Part shown: positions 37,146 through 53,836 of the stretch, in pieces | Layout: every line of letters begins with the position of its first letter | How positions within the stretch are numbered: position 1 is the first letter of the stretch | Assembly: GCF_009914755.1 (NCBI RefSeq) | Contig: NC_060941.1 | Direction: 5' to 3' (one strand) | Length of the DNA stretch: 64,000 nucleotides | Source: the human T2T-CHM13v2.0 reference genome, Homo sapiens | Translations under genes and position numbers: made by a program | The notes under the pieces: model-generated | Told to the model about the DNA's origin: nothing | Seen by the model: only the letters and a program-made list of their open reading frames with translations | Databases searched by the model: none

Positions 37146-40100
37146 AAAAACTGCTTATTTTATACTACTAACAGCATAATCTGCAATAAAAGATAACAAT
37201 TGTAAACATTTATGCACCAATTAATAAAATGTCAAATATATTTTTAAAATGTAACTTTTGAAAATAGAAAAAATTAAAATTGTGGGAGGTTTTAATACAC
37301 CTTATCAATTGTGTAATTGGAGTACTCTAGCAGCTAATTTCATCCATTTTCTTCTGTATTTATTCTATTAAAGGCAACATAAACCTTTTATTGATTTTAG
37401 TAAAAACATAAAAAATACCTATGCTTAGTTAACTTGTATTGAAAAGCAAAGCATAGAATGTGAGCAAAACAATAATAAACTGAAATGATATTTATTTGAA
37501 ACAAAAGCAAAAAGGAAAAGCCAAAGAATAGTCCAGACTTCAAGTTAATTAATGGCATGTAACAATGATTTAAAGAGAGTAGTTCTCAGCGGCTTATATG
37601 CCAGATGTAAAGAGTAGGTTCTAATTGTCTAAATGGGCTTTTGGTGGTTTTCCTTTTCCCTTCCTCCAAATGTAGTCATATTTATATTTATCCACCATAA
37701 ATTCATGAAATGTGTTTATGTGTGCACTACACTAAATGGAAGAAGAAACTAGTATAAATAAAAAACAATGACTAATAAAAATCATTTTTACTTGCTCCAG
37801 AAGAGGTCAGTAAGTAAAAAAGCAACATAGTCTTTGATAACTTCCTTGCTTTCTGGTCTGATGAAATGCTACAAGCTCATCTAGTACAATTCCTGTCAAC
37901 AACTCTCAAAGAGTCCTGATAATTTGAGACCATATTCTGTATGATAGAGGTGTTCAATGCTCCTAGGTTGGCCAAAATTTCTAGGTCTTTACAGTACACA
38001 GAATCAGAAAGGGAAATATATCCATACATGTATGTATGTGTGTATATATGTACATGTGTGTCTGTAAACACACATAAGTGCATGTTTATGTTTGAAGATA
38101 AAACACATAAGTTTATGGTACTTCAAAATAAGCTTGCTTGGGCTACTAAGTTTTAAATTAGTTTATTTAAGCTTAGATCTATCCTTCATTCTTTCATCAA
38201 AAATCTTGGTTCCCAATGTCAGCAACATAAGTATTAATTTTTGAAATTCTAAAATTCATGTCAGTCTCAGAATAACAAGAGTACCACAAATGTAAAGATA
38301 TGTTTTCCATATATGTAATAGTCTGCTGTCCTTAGCATGTATCTTACTAGAGATATTCAGTATAATAAACATGTTTTGAAAGCACATGAAATAATTCTCC
38401 TATGTATAGTGATGCCACCAACTCAATACACAGTTAGGTTCCTTGATTTCATTATGATTTCTAGTTTTAGGTACTGCTTTTATATTTTTATTTTCTAATT
38501 ATGTTAAATACATATTTTATCCCAAGATCAAAGGTATAAAACAAGATTTATTTAGACATTTCTAACTTGTAATCTCAGTCCTCTGTATTCTCTTTCTTTC
38601 TTCCTGCCCCCACAGGTTACCATTTTAATTTTTTAAATTTTTCTGTGACTCTTTGGAATAAGCAAAGCAAACACACACATCTTTGCATCCCTTTTTTCTA
38701 ATATTTTTCTTCACCTTGATTTGGTTTTGTTTAATTATAAACCATACAGACCCCTCCCCTCCATAGGAGTATATAGAGGAACTATTGTATTTTTTATACT
38801 ATTAAAAATTCCTACCTATAGCACAAAGCAATCTCAAAATTAATAAAGTTTTTTAAGTTAAGGACTTTGACCAAATTCCAGGCCCCTAATCTGCAATTAG
38901 TAAACAAAACAGCATTTGAGAGACTCCAGGTTTGTACTGAAATTCATACCAAGAAATCCAGTTTTACTGGCACTTCTAGAGATGGACTTTGCTGCTCAGT
39001 ACATCATCTTATTCATTCATTTATTTATTTTGAACAAACAAATGTTTATTGAGCACTTCCTGCCAGTATCAGGCATGCTAAAATATGCAAGATGCTCTCT
39101 GGCTTCAATGGTTATAATGTTAGCAGAGGAAACACACCCATCAGCACCTTGGTTCATGTAATAAGGGCTTGGCATCTGGTGCTGAAGTCCCTCTTTGTCC
39201 CTTTCTCTTGGCGACGGCAAAGGGCATGGAGGCAGAGGCAAGATGGAAGACTGCACGTGGTGTCAGCTTGGTCCCTAAAAGTTAGTAAGTGCATGTCCAC
39301 AGCTGACTTAAATGTCCAAGAAGAGACAGGGGTAGACATATAATACCTATCAATATTTGTCTTCTCCCCACCCCCTCCCAGGTAATTTCCTTCCTGTAGT
39401 GCTGTTTTTCATCTTCTGGCTCACACCTTTGCTGTAACAGTCAGACTCTCTGCAGTAAGTATAACCATCTCGGACTCTCACTCCATTTCTATTAGTTTAT
39501 CATTTTAAACGTCTCCTTTAAATGCCTCCCCCCTCCCACCACCTTTCCCTTCCTCTGATGCATCTCTTTTATAGCTTTCCAGTCATCCCTGCTGTTTACT
39601 CTTTTATTCTGATGTAACCAATCCGGCTCACACAAACCCAATTCATTCCAAAAGGGGACTTAATGTGCCATAAAACTAACAGGGAGATTGCTCTCAAGGT
39701 GGGCAATAAGCTGACACAGCACACAGGTAATATTTATAGGGCAATGCTACTTCCTGAAATACCAGCCACTGCACTGCTTGCAAATCACAGGGTAATTATC
39801 TGCGTTAGGTCCTTAATCACTGGAGCAAAGCCCTTTGTTAAGTAAACAAATATACTGAATGTGAGCCTGGATGCCAAAGAAAATGAGACAAGGGAAAGAC
39901 ACTGTGCCGGGGTGAGGTGAGAAAGGATGGAGGGGGACCCTCCCTGCAGTTTTATGGGGGCAGTAAAGTACAGTGGTCAATGTGAGGGTCTCTGAATTCA
40001 GACAGAGGTTTAAATAATGTAGTGACCTTGGGCCAGTTACTAATCCTGGATGTGCCTTGGTTCTGTTCCACAGAATATGACCCAAATACTCCCATCTCAT

Positions 40101-40934
40101 GAATTTATTTGTTGAGGTGCTACTTAGATAAAGTGCTGACACTTAACTTCAAGGCGTTTCTTCTTCTTACCAATATCATCATCATCTTTATGTTCATCTA
40201 TCACTACCAAGTTTTTCTTCTTAGAGACCTTTCTTTACTTTGGGAAGACCCAGAAGAAACCACAAATTGAACTGATTGTCACATCTGTTCCTATCCTGTT
40301 TCTGCAGAGAAGACCTAGCCACTGAGACTCACCCTTGAAGAAAAGGGTCACAGGAGGCACACTGTCAGTTTGCTGGTGTTATAGACTTACAAATGAAGAT
40401 TAAGTTCTAATGTTTGGAGAGAAGGAAAAATGATACCTTCACAGAAGCTGCAGTTATGCTCCAGAGTTTACATTGCAAGCATTGGCTCTAGCCTGAATAT
40501 CACTAGTACTAATGTCAAAGGATTCCTGGCACATTTCAGAGCCTGCTTAACTGTGACTCTCACACCCATCTCCCCCAGCCCCTCTTTTTTTTTTTTTTTT
40601 TGTAGTGTAGAATCACAGGCCTTAATTTTGGATGAGATAAGTTTTTTCTGATGGATCCAAGCATTGCTTAAAATTATATACATGCTTTAAAAGCATACAG
40701 AAAAAAACAACTTTGGCTCAATTAAGTTTTATCATCACTGTTACAAGGAAAGCCTCATTGTATGTGCATTCCTGGATTCTTTTCTGCTTTAATTTCAGCT
40801 GAATATTGCCATAAGCTGGAAGATTCCAGGCATTTGAGAATAGATTCAAATTTGAGAATGGACCTTGTGACTATTTCAAGGGAGATCCTTCAGTTATTAT
40901 TATTATTATTTTTAAAAGGAACCTTTGAGTCTTG

Positions 40935-41190
40935 TAATAATAGCTCACATTTATTAGACATTTGCTGTCTGTCAGGCTGAGCAATAAGAACTTCGTATTA
41001 ACTCATTAACTCCATCTCATATACTTTCATAATAGCTATTATTATTCTTATGCTACAGATGAGGAAACAGATGCACAAGGAGATTAAGTTATCTTTCCAC
41101 AGTCATACAGCTACTAAGTAGGAGTCAGGGCATTAAGCCCAGATAGTCTGGGGTAGATAGATCCTGTATATTTGACAACCACACTGTTCT
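40935..41190 (-). mobile_element. MIR
   Basis: aatagctcacatttatt...acagatgaggaaacaga...accacactg. Confidence 0.75.
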
Positions 41191-42105
41191 GCCAATTTGC
41201 ATTTTCTACTCTTCAAGACGTCAGAAAAATAATCTTTCCAAAGATGAGTTGAAAAAAGTAAAATGCAATTGCCAATAGCTAATAGCATAAATTAATATGT
41301 TTTTAAATATTAACATAGAGTTATCCCATAGGGTCCTAAATAAATTGGGATTCTCAGTGTAAATGAGATTTCAAAGAACTTTTTGGATTCAATTTCTGAC
41401 GTGGTTAATCATGTAGACTTCCAGAACTCAAATGGCCTAAGAATATATTTCTACATTTTGCAACTGAGAAAACCTGTGGAGGGAAGTGGCATGGCCAAGG
41501 ACACTACTGTGACTGAGTGTAGACCAGAGCCCTCCACCTCTGGTCCCTATTGCTTTTCTCTTTTCTTATTCGCTCTGTAGATGGATTTGAATTTTAATAA
41601 ATCAAGGAATAATGCATCTTGCTTTGATACAGACAAAATAAAATTAAGACAACCTTAATGTGAGGATGATAGTTTCTACATTTATCTTAAGAGGCTACAG
41701 TAGACCTGCCATGTCCAGCTAAATAGAATTTGGAGATGCAGAAATGATGATATGTTAGGCAGAGGAGAATAATCTATGGTCATGTACTTCAGTGGCCCAA
41801 TGTGAAAGTAATTCATTATTCCCAAACTATTGCCCTTGCTTTAAAGGGAGGAAGGACCTAGGCTGTCTCTTCTGTGTATGTCACACTGTGGACCGTAGCT
41901 GTCATTGAGAGATAAAGTAATGTGTTTTACTTGTCAGTCAATCTGGGTAGTGAGGGCTATTTTCACTTTGTGCAAATGTTACAAACAACATGCTTAGTTG
42001 ATTTTTAAGATAGTTGGACTGAGTTGCTTCTTATAAGCATTCACCACTGTGTTTTCCATTTCTGAAACACATTTCCTTGAAATCCTGCTAAAATTATAGT
42101 AACAA

Positions 42106-42723
42106 TGTGGTGGGAGGTAGAATAATGGCCTGCCAAAGATGTCCACACCTTTGTCTCTGGAATCTGTGAATAAGTTACCTTACATGGTAAAAGGGACTTT
42201 ACAGTTGCGATTAAGGAAATAGATTTTGAGATGAGATTATCCTAATGATCGAGGTGGGCCCAATCTTCCATTTCCAAAAAAAAAAAAAGTGGGAGAGAAA
42301 AGCAGAAGGATTAATCAGAGATGAAGGATTTCATCAGAGATGAAAGAAGAAAGAGGAGATACTCCAAGTATTAGAGAGACTCAACTTGTCGTTGTTGGCT
42401 TTAGTAATGGAAGAAGGGGGCCATGACCAAGGAATGCAGGCAGCCTCTAGAAGCTGGGAATTACTCTCAGCTGAGAGTCAGTAAAGAAATGGAGATCTCA
42501 GTTTTATAATCACAAGGAAATGAACTTCGCCAACCACTTGAATGAATAAGGACTTGGAATCTCTCCTAGAGCTTCCAGAAGAAACACAACACTTCCAACA
42601 CCTTGCTTTTAACCTGCTGAGACCAAATGTCAGATTGACCTACACAACTGAAGGATAAATTTGTGTTGTCTTAAGCCATTAAATTTATGGTTATTTGTTA
42701 TAGCAGAATAGAAAGCTAATACA
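42106..42723 (+). mobile_element. MLT1 (MLT1D-like) LTR
   Basis: tgtgg...gaataatggcc...aaagatgtccac; aaggaatgcaggcagcctctagaagctgg; terminal gaaagctaataca. Confidence 0.85.
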
Positions 42724-42975
42724 AATCCTTATTTGAAGAACATATTTCAACATCTTCAGTAATTTTCAGAACCAGAAGAGAACTTATTCAGACCAATCTG
42801 CCCTCTTAACCAAGGTTTCATTTTTTTTTTCTTTTTACCCACTGTCCTCATTTCATTCCTCTGCCCAACATATATTTTACAAATAGGTATCCTTTCATTA
42901 TCCACTGGTGATTTCAATGTTACAGATAGTGCCACACATTGAGCTTAATGTCAGTGTTTGTATAGAAATTGATCA

Positions 42976-44450
<1,475 letters not shown>

Positions 44451-45307
44451 GAAATTGATCAAAATAATCATAGAGCTACCAAATAAACAAAATGATCACT
44501 ACCAAGTAATTTCATAGAGACAGGTACATACTCTGTTGCCTACAAAGAATTAAAAAAAAAGAGTTCATTATTCTCCCCCTCTCTCATGATAGAGTTCATC
44601 TCATTGTATCGAGGGGGTTAGGATTCATTTATTGGTTTTAGCTATTTAGGGCCCATTGAGCAGGGATGGGGTTAATCCAACCAAATCCACCAGGCTGAGA
44701 AGAAAGTGAGTTAGTTTCTCAAAGGAAATTCATGGTCTTGTCCCCAGAAGGAGGGTAAATGGATGCTGAGCTGAAAACACCAGATGTTCAAGAAAGTATA
44801 TTCCTTGCTATTCAAAATATGCCCACACACCTACATTTTCATACATAAAACTCACTCAAAGGGAAAAAGTTCAAGTCCAGGATTTCTCCTTAACTGATGT
44901 GTAGCTTTCTTGGTCGCTTTGGGACGTTGCTCCTCCTCATTTTTTAATATATGCCTAAATTATAAATTTATCTACATCTAACTTAACCAATATGCTGTGG
45001 TGTACAGATGGTATAAGACTCCTCTTTGAAGAGGTAGATATTGGTGAATAGTATACAGTGGTTATATATCCATGGCAGTCGTCATATCCTGCATGTCAGA
45101 AAGCAGAAATTTTCATCTCTGATAAAGGCAGAAAGTCTTGGTTAGTCAATCTGGTGGCCCAGGTGTTCTCTAATGGATTGTTCTTTTTTCATTGCCCTCT
45201 GTGGCCAGATTTAAGAAGGCCATTTTCTGTGTATAGGTTGTACCGCTTTAGCAGCCTATGTAACACAGTGTGAGCTCAGGGACATGGGAGTTTTCTTAAG
45301 GATGAAG

Positions 45308-45646
45308 CGAGTGGCCCCCAACCTTTTTGGCACCAAGGACCAGTTTCATGGAAGACAATTTTTCCATAGATAGGGGCAGGGATGGTTTCTGGATGAAACT
45401 CTTCCACCTCAGATCATCAGGCATTAGATTCTCATAAGGAGCATGCAGCCTCGATCCCTCGCATTCATAGTTCACAATAGGGTTTGTGCTCCTATGAGAA
45501 TCTAATGCCTCAGTAGTGATCTGACAGAAGGTGGAGACCAAGTGATAACACTTGTTTAGGCTACTCACCTCCTGCTGTGTGGCACAGTTCCTAACAGGCC
45601 ATGGTACCATGGTACCGGTTAGTGGCCCAGGGTTTGGGGACACCTG
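45308..45646. mobile_element. MER1B (hAT-Charlie) DNA transposon
   Basis: cccaacctttttggcacca...cagatcatcaggcattagattctcataaggag...ggggacacctg. Confidence 0.88.
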
Positions 45647-47004
45647 GGTCAATCAATCATATAACAGTTAGACAAGCTTATGTTTTGTTTTGTTTCCTTT
45701 TTTCTTAATACAATTACCTTAAAGGTTAGTAGGTTATTTGTCTATTTGCTTCTTTCAAATCAAATCGGTTGCTGAGCTATAGTCTTTGAGTCTGGAACCT
45801 AATATAGGAATTGTGGTTTACAGCAACTGACCTCAGACAGTTTTCTTGCCACTTTTCTAGCCCTCACATTAATAGCTTCCATATTTGACTAAGCTTCTGG
45901 ACAATTCAAAATAGTGGGTCAGGGAGAAAGAGTCCCCTGATATGGTCCTTGTCACAGATTATATCTCAGCTCCTTCATCACATGGAGATTCAATATGCTT
46001 CATGTTCCAGCCTCCCCCAGTGTGCATTCAGGAAACCACTTGCAAATTTCTGTCAGTCTGTCCATTTTTTCCACTTGAAGAAGTTGACCTTTACTCTTTG
46101 CCACCAACGGTAGGGGGTGGATATAATGGTGGATGTAGAAAAATCCTGTACAGAGCTTAAATGTCCTTGATTTGAAGTAAAGTGCTCATATAATTTTGAA
46201 ATACTAATTAAATATGTTTTCATTAGAGCCTTTAAGACTTTAAGAGGGGAAAGGGAGTATTTGTATTCTGTTAGCAGTAAAATGAAAAAAAAAAAGTTCC
46301 ATCTTCTCATTTGTGTATAATGTATGAATGCATTTATTGTTTTAAAATTCCAATCTCAAAATTTGTCTTCTACCTGATGGTTTTGGAGCACTTTACATTT
46401 ATTATGACTAATTATGTAATTGGGATTATTGCTACCATCTTAGTTTGTGCTTTCTATTCACCAGGCTTCTCTTTACCTCTTTTTTACCTTCCTTTTTTAC
46501 CTTCTTGAATTAATTAAGTAGTTTTCATTCCCTTTTTATTTTTCAATTGTTTTAGAAAATACAGATATGTGTATATATAATGCATATGTATATATATGTG
46601 TATAAAATGTCTGATTTTTGTGTTACTCTTAAATATAAAATATGCTTAAGTCTAAAAGTAATTAATATTTGTATTCTCCATTTAATCAATACAATAATAT
46701 TAAAATGCTTTGTCATTTACTTTATATGTTGATTTTGTCCAGTATTTTAATTCCTTCCTGATTTTATACACTCAGCATTATAAATTATTATGAGTTATGT
46801 CCCGTTGGATGATTACTCAGTTCATGTTGACTCCTCAACATTTTCATTGGTGAAATGTTCTTTCATGACCCTTCACTCTGGTCTAGACCACGTGGACTTG
46901 CTTTGGCCAATGGGATATTCATAAAGGTTGTGTGAGCGAGCAGAGACTTGATGTGTTTGCACAGTGAGGCTTGCCTTCATGGGTTCCTACCTTTCTTTTC
47001 CTTT

Positions 47005-48130
47005 TTCTTTTTTTTTTAATTTGAGATGTTGAGATATAGTTTATCTACCATAAAATTCATCCTTTCAAAGTGTGCAACTCAGTGGTTTTTAGTGTATTCA
47101 CCAATTTGTGCAATCATTACACATTAAATTCATGACTATCTAATTTCAGAACATTTTCATCATCTCCAAAAGAAACCCCATGTTCATTAGCAGTCACTCC
47201 TCAGTCCTCCCTTCCACCAGCACCTGGAAAACACTAACTCATTTTCCATCTCTATAGATTTCTCTATTGTGGACATTTCATATAAATTATATCATAGAAT
47301 ATGTATGAACTTTTCTTCTGGCTTCTTTTACTTAGCAGGATGATTTCAGGTTTCGTCCATGTTGCAGCATGAACCAGTACTTCATTCGTTCATAAGGATA
47401 AATAATGTTTCATTGTATGGATATATCACGTTTTGTTTATCCATTCATAGTTGATGAATATTTTAATTCTACTTTTTGGCTAGAATGAATAATGACTAAG
47501 CATTTGTGTACACATATTTGTGTGGACACATGTTTTCAATTCTTTGGGGTATGTACCTAGAGGAAGAATTGCTATATGGTAAATCTGTGCCTAAAGCTTT
47601 GAACAACTTCTAAACAGTTTTCCAAAGTGGCTACTCCATTTTACATTCCCTCCAGTAATATACGAGGGTTATAATTTCTTCAAATCCTCACCAATACTGG
47701 TTATTTTCCATTTTTAAATTATAACTATCCTAGAGGGTAAGAAGTAATATTTCACTGTGGTATTGATGTGCATTTCCCCAGTGAATAATGCTGCAATTAT
47801 ATATGAATTTTAGGATCAGCTTGTCAATTTCAGCAGAAGAGTGAGCTGAGATTTTGGTAGAGATTGGACTGAACCTACAGATCAATTTGGAGAGTGTTGC
47901 AATCTTAGCAATATAAAGCTTTTCAATCCATAAACACAGATATGTTTTCATTTATTTAGCTCTTTAATTATTTCAAGGATGTTTTGTAGTTTTCAATGTG
48001 CAAGTTTTACACTTAAAGTTATTCCTGAGTATTTTATTCTTTTTAATGCTATCGTAAATGGAATTGCTTTGTTCATTTCTTTTTTGGATTTTTTTATTGC
48101 TAACATGTAGAAATAACATTGTCTTCTGGC
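47005..48130 (-). mobile_element. L1MB-type fragment (3' UTR plus ORF2 piece)
   Basis: Antisense L1M 3' end (agtcactcc, ggacatttcatataaat, ccaaagtggct) and ORF2 remnant (KLICRFSPISTKI). Confidence 0.85.
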
Positions 48131-51100
48131 TACTCTTGTTGTAATCTTCCTTCCACTAGTGGCCTTCTAGACCTTCTAATCGTCTTTAGTGTGCTGAAAT
48201 TTTACTGCACATCTATTCATTAACTTTTCAAATTATTCATAAGACTCTGAGTTTAGAAAATCTGAGGATTGTTGTCTTTTATCAGTTGTACTAAATTCTC
48301 AGCTATTGTTTTTTCAAACGTTATATTTTCTCTATACTCTCTTTTCTTTTTCTAGTAATCCTACCAGGTATATTGTGAACCTTCCCTCTCCCCTGGTAAC
48401 CTCCCTTTCATATTTTTTGTTCTTTAATTTCTTTGTTTCATAATGGATAATTTTCTTCTATGTCTTTTTCAGCTCTCTTGCATTGTGTCCAATCTGCCCT
48501 TTAACCCATTAGTTATCCTTCAATTTAGATGACAAAAAATTTTTAAAATTACTGAAGTGTTATGTGTTTCTTTCTCAAATATATCTGTTCTTTTTTCACA
48601 GATTACTTGCTTACTCTAATTCTTTCTTCGTATTGGTACTCATTTTAAATACAATTTAAATGAGTACTAATGCCTGCATGTGATCTCTTACTCGTGGTTG
48701 TTTATTTTTCATGTCTTTTATAATTTTGGATGTGAGAGTTTCCTTAGACTGGCTTTCCCTGTGAAAATCCTGGCTGGCTTAAAAGCATGTTTCTCTAAGG
48801 TGGTTTGGAATTTTCTCCTGCCTAGAACTTTCAGGTATTACAAATTGGGATCAATTTTAATATTCTCTTCTCTGTTTAGAAGTCCGTTCTCTATGCAGAT
48901 GGTATAAATTTGACACCAAATCCATATGTAACATAATTGATAATTATGAATTTTTAAGGGAGGCTTGTCTCCCCAAGCAAAGGCCAAGCAAAAGCAGACA
49001 AAGTATCTTTGATATATTTGACTAATCCCACTGTCAAGGTTCTCAGCTTAATGCATGTTTCAGTTCCATATCCCTATTTCCCACTGGCCTGAGGTTTCAA
49101 CTCCTGTGATAATGAATACAACAATACAAAATACAGATCATAGAGGCTGACAGTATCTCCTAGGGAAGTTGTACCTGCTGCTCACATATTTACATTTGTA
49201 GTTTTCAGTGTTCTTTTTATGTCTTGTCCCCAATAATTTCCCTTCTCAGAATTTTACCTATGAGTTTCAAGAGTGTTCAACATATTGTAGACTTCCTAAG
49301 TGTTTTAGTGCGGACATTTCCTGATTATCCAGTCTATTATTTTGGCAGAAGTAGAAGTCTGAAACATGTGTGTTGAGGGCTGAATTTTGGCTGCAGGAAT
49401 AGTGTGGGATCTGGCTAGCTGTCTACAAATGTATTCCGGTTTTTCTCACATGAAAAGAAAGTTTATTGGTTTTCCATCCTTAAGGGCAAATAACTCAAGC
49501 TGAAAAACCTGCCATAGATATAGGCTATAAAATGACAATGTCTTACATAAACCCTGATTTTTGTTCTTTTCTCAATATATATCTTAAAACTATATGATAA
49601 ACTGTTTGAAAATAATTGCTGAATGATTTGTTTGGTCCCTTAAGAAAAGTGAATAAAAGTTAATACAGCTGTGTTTTCTGTTAGCATGAAGGCTGAAGTT
49701 CTTGTTTTCTTTGACCACTACCAGTATTTAGGAATCCAGTGTTTCCCAAGAGAGCGTCTGTTCTCATTTATATTCTTCCTCTCCACTTTTCAACAAGCTG
49801 GTGGCAATTCTGGTTTGTAGCATCACAAGGAGAAGTCTGTTGAGATTGCTGCCCCTCACAGCTTCAACAGTTTGATTTCTGTCTTTTCACTATAGCACTA
49901 GAACTTTATCCTTTCAAATTGTAGCATTTTAGATAATCCTATGTTTATAAATTTTTATGATGTCTGAAGAATAAGAATTATATTGAATCTAGAATAATAA
50001 TGAAGAAAATAAAAATACCACCTCCAAAACAGTAAAGCGGGATCTTCCACTCAAGATGTACAAATGAATTATATAGGTCTCTTGCTTCATATTTCAAACA
50101 CATATAAATGCTTGGTGAAAGTGGTGAGATTACAATAACCATTACCATAATATAAATATAGCACCAAAGTAAATGTTTTAAAAGGTATTTTACAACTATT
50201 GCACTAGAATGGAAAAAGTAATCCCTGAGGTATGTGAAATGGCATGGTTCATGGGGCAATTACATGGGATATATGCCTTAGGGTTAGTGAATAAACACCT
50301 TCACAGAACCTGGCTTCAAAGCCTCAGACCTCTCTCATAGTTGAAATAGGAACTATGGTCTCTTGTTAATTCTGGGAGATAGGAAGGGAGGTCTTTTTAG
50401 ATAAATTTTTCACCTCCAGTGTGCTTCAGAGAAGTAAGTCATCTCCCCAAAGGCATGGATTCAGAAAGTCAATGTGGGAAATGGAATAAAAAATATTGAG
50501 ACTTATTTGTCTATGAAGCTTGAATTCATACACTATCCTTATATGCAAAAGCCCTTAGCTAGACACTAGTGTAAAATTGGTATGAAACTGCGTCCTATTA
50601 GGCCCTTACGAGGCTGATCATAAAACTACCCCTAGGAGACCCTCCACAACATAGAAACAGTTGCAACTTCCTCAGAATTATTTTCTTAGGACCACTAAAG
50701 ATCATCCTACAGACAAAAATTACAAAGCACACAAGGAAATACAATGACATGAAAAATAGGCAACTGAACAAATTACAGAAATCATGGACAATGAGTTTCA
50801 GAAAATAGAGCACTCTGATATGGATGTTAAATTAACTACACTTAAATGTCCAGAGAGATAAAATAGATGGTATAGAAATTTTGAGAAATAATAGAAAACT
50901 ATGAAAACAGGCATATTTTTAAAAAGAACTAAATAAAAATAATAAACAATAAAATTTATAAACAAAGAAATACACAAACCAACACCTCAGGAAACAGACC
51001 AAAGAATAGACTAAACACAGCTGAAGAGAGAATTAGCGTATTGAAAGAGGAAGATTGATGAGTAAATCTCTCAGACAATAGAGAGACGAAGGATGAGAAT

Positions 51101-53539
51101 TTGATACTTATGAAGGAAATAATAAAAACACCTCAACATAATTTTAATAACATTTCAAGAAACTGACCCTAGTTTAAATCCTTGGAAAGGGGCAGAACCA
51201 GAATTAAAATTTCTGTTCTCTTTAAAGTCTACACTTTTATGCCCCATGTGATATCTTTCTTGGGTGCTGAACAAGTGCGTTAAATTTGGAAAGACAGATT
51301 CTCACAGGTCTTGTCATTGTTTCGTGGGGCAAAATGTTTTGGAGATGGCTCTCAAAGAATAACAATGATGATGACAATTCACACATACGCATCTTTAAAA
51401 TTTATAAAATTTGTCTTATTTTATGCTCAAAAGGACCTGGAAAATCACTTTAAAATCTATTTATCTTTATATTTTTCCCATATAAAACAGAGAGTGTAAG
51501 GAAAAAAAACTCTCAAAAGTAACCCAAGTTAATGGTACATTTTTACACCTTTATTGAGTGCTATTTACATGGTATTAATGGTATTTAATGGTCATAATCC
51601 TCATTTTACAAATATTCCAAGGCTGATAACCAAATGTTATTTGATTCCCAAAGTTACACTCTCTGAAGCATTTAATCTGGCTTGAATAAAGATCCTCTGA
51701 TTCCAAATTCTAGGCTGTTTATTATACAACATATGCAATTCCACACAACCTTAACTTTGCTGCCAATTCATGACACTTCTGAAACGGAAGTTGTGATTTT
51801 AAAATAACTTTCTGGAAGCCTTGTCCTAATTGGTAGCTCTTCCAACAGATGCTGATGGTGGGATGATAAATGAGGCAATGAGTAAGTCTCAACACCTCCA
51901 TGTGCTGGTTACTCTCCTGCCTCCCACTCAACTCAAGTTACCCCAGGAGCCTCAGTAATTGATCATCTCTTCATAATCTGACACTGTGGGAACCGGAGTC
52001 CATAATTAAATACCGCTTGCAGTATGTACCTGCATCATTAGACCACACTTGAATTACTAGTTAAAATAATAACTGTATTAGCAAAGAAATATTCATCAGT
52101 GCATGCACCTGGCCTTGGGAATTCACAACTGGCAACAACTATAAGTCTCCTGTTATATGAAAAAGGCAATGGCTAGATGGTAAAAGATGAGTGCAAGTAC
52201 TGCTTATTGACACTTTTAAATTCTGGAACCTTTGATTGGTAAATAAATCACTAAGGTTCTGTTTCCTCTTTTATAATAGAGACATCATAATTTTTGCCTG
52301 AAATAATTGTTGTGACGGTCAAATATGTTAAGGGACATAAGTTTTGTAAACTGTATGGTGCTATCTTATGCTGTCTAATGTAGTTTTCTGTGACGTGTGC
52401 ATTAGTTTTGTTTTGCCAGCAAGACTGTAAGACTTTGAGATTATATTTTAAATATGCTTTTGTTTTCACCTCCAAGAATACTGAGTTAGGCTAGGGTCTC
52501 ACTAAGTACTTGCTAAAATGATAAAATTAAATATTTGTGTTCTCTTATTATTTCATTACATATGTGTTTACTGTCTATCTTTTCCATAAGAATATAAATT
52601 TTATGAGGGAGACATTTGTCTTTTTTGTTCTTTGATAAATTACAAGCTTCTAGAGCATTGCCTGATACATATAGATGGTCACTAAATATTTAATAATGAA
52701 TAAATGAATAATGTTTCCTAAATGAGTAGCTTTTGGGGTGGGAAATTTAATATTATTCTTCATATTTTCAGTGCCAAAATATTTTTCTGGCCTGTTAGGC
52801 ATTTACCAATTGTTGCTGGATGCATTTTAAAACCCTCACACATTATAAATATTTTGCTGCTTTCCTGTTCGCTCTCACTACCTGCACAACCTTTGTTCAG
52901 GTACAAATTACATCACATTCAAACAGTTCTTATAGTTTCTTATGTCCTGTTTTCATTCATTCTTCTGTAATTCATATTGTACTGTAATACCCTAAAAGTC
53001 TACCTAAAACACAGATTTCAATTTGTTGTTACCCAGCCTGAAAATCTTTAATGGCTTCATATAACTAAAACACAAATTCTGACATTGAAGACTCTCTACA
53101 ATAAATACAGCATTTGAATTTTGGTTCCTTTCCCTTATGACTCCTTCCTGTACCTGATACCCCTATGTTGGCTAGCCTGCACACTTTTTCATGAATCTTC
53201 AATTTTCTCACTTTTGCTCCCATAATTATATTAGTTACTACATGAAATGTCCTTCCTCCATCTTGAACATGTGTATTACACCCAGTGACCTTTTATGTTT
53301 GAATGTTCTGTCTAAATCATATGACACTTATCCCAGAGACCCTTTTGGTTGAGCTTAATTTTTTTAACAAGATAATGGACGATGGCAAAGATATCTTGTA
53401 ATTTATTTATGTATGTTTTTACTTATGTATTTATAATCATGTACTTTCAAAAAGGAGTTGAATTTCATCCTGAGTCTTATAGAAAGCCATTGAAGTGATT
53501 TTAGCAGAAGAGTGGCACGATCTAACTAAAGTTTTAAAG

Positions 53540-53756
53540 CAGGGTTTCTCAACTTCAGTACTATTGACATTTTGGATCATATAATTCTTTGTTGTGAAGG
53601 GATTTCTGTGCACTGTAGGATGTTCAGCAGCATCCATGGCTTCTGCATCTCAGATGCCAGCACCACCACAATCCCCCATTATGACAATCCAAAATGTTCC
53701 CTGGCATTGCCAAATGTCTTTTTAAAGGCAAAATCACCCCCAGTCAAGAATAATTG
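53540..53756. mobile_element. MER20 (hAT-Charlie) DNA transposon inside an L2 fragment
   Basis: cagggtttctcaac...gacattttgg...ggcaaaatcacccccagt; near-matching 8-bp TSD ttttaaag / tttttaag. Confidence 0.88.
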
Positions 53757-53836
53757 TTTTTAAGGATAACCCTGGCTATGTGGAGAAGAGTATATAAGGG
53801 AACAATGGAGAGAAGCAATAGTGCAAACATACCCAC

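Noticed and set aside
39140-39160. TCAGCACCTTGG RE1 left half-site (and a GGACAGC right half-site at ~5700-5720)
   Set aside because: The partner half is missing or degenerate; isolated half-sites are frequent by chance.
48130-51170. Oppositely oriented old L1/HAL1-like fragments (~48.1-49.3 kb and ~50.4-51.2 kb) as an inverted repeat
   Set aside because: Too diverged to pair or to assign confidently by eye; more likely independent ancient fragments.
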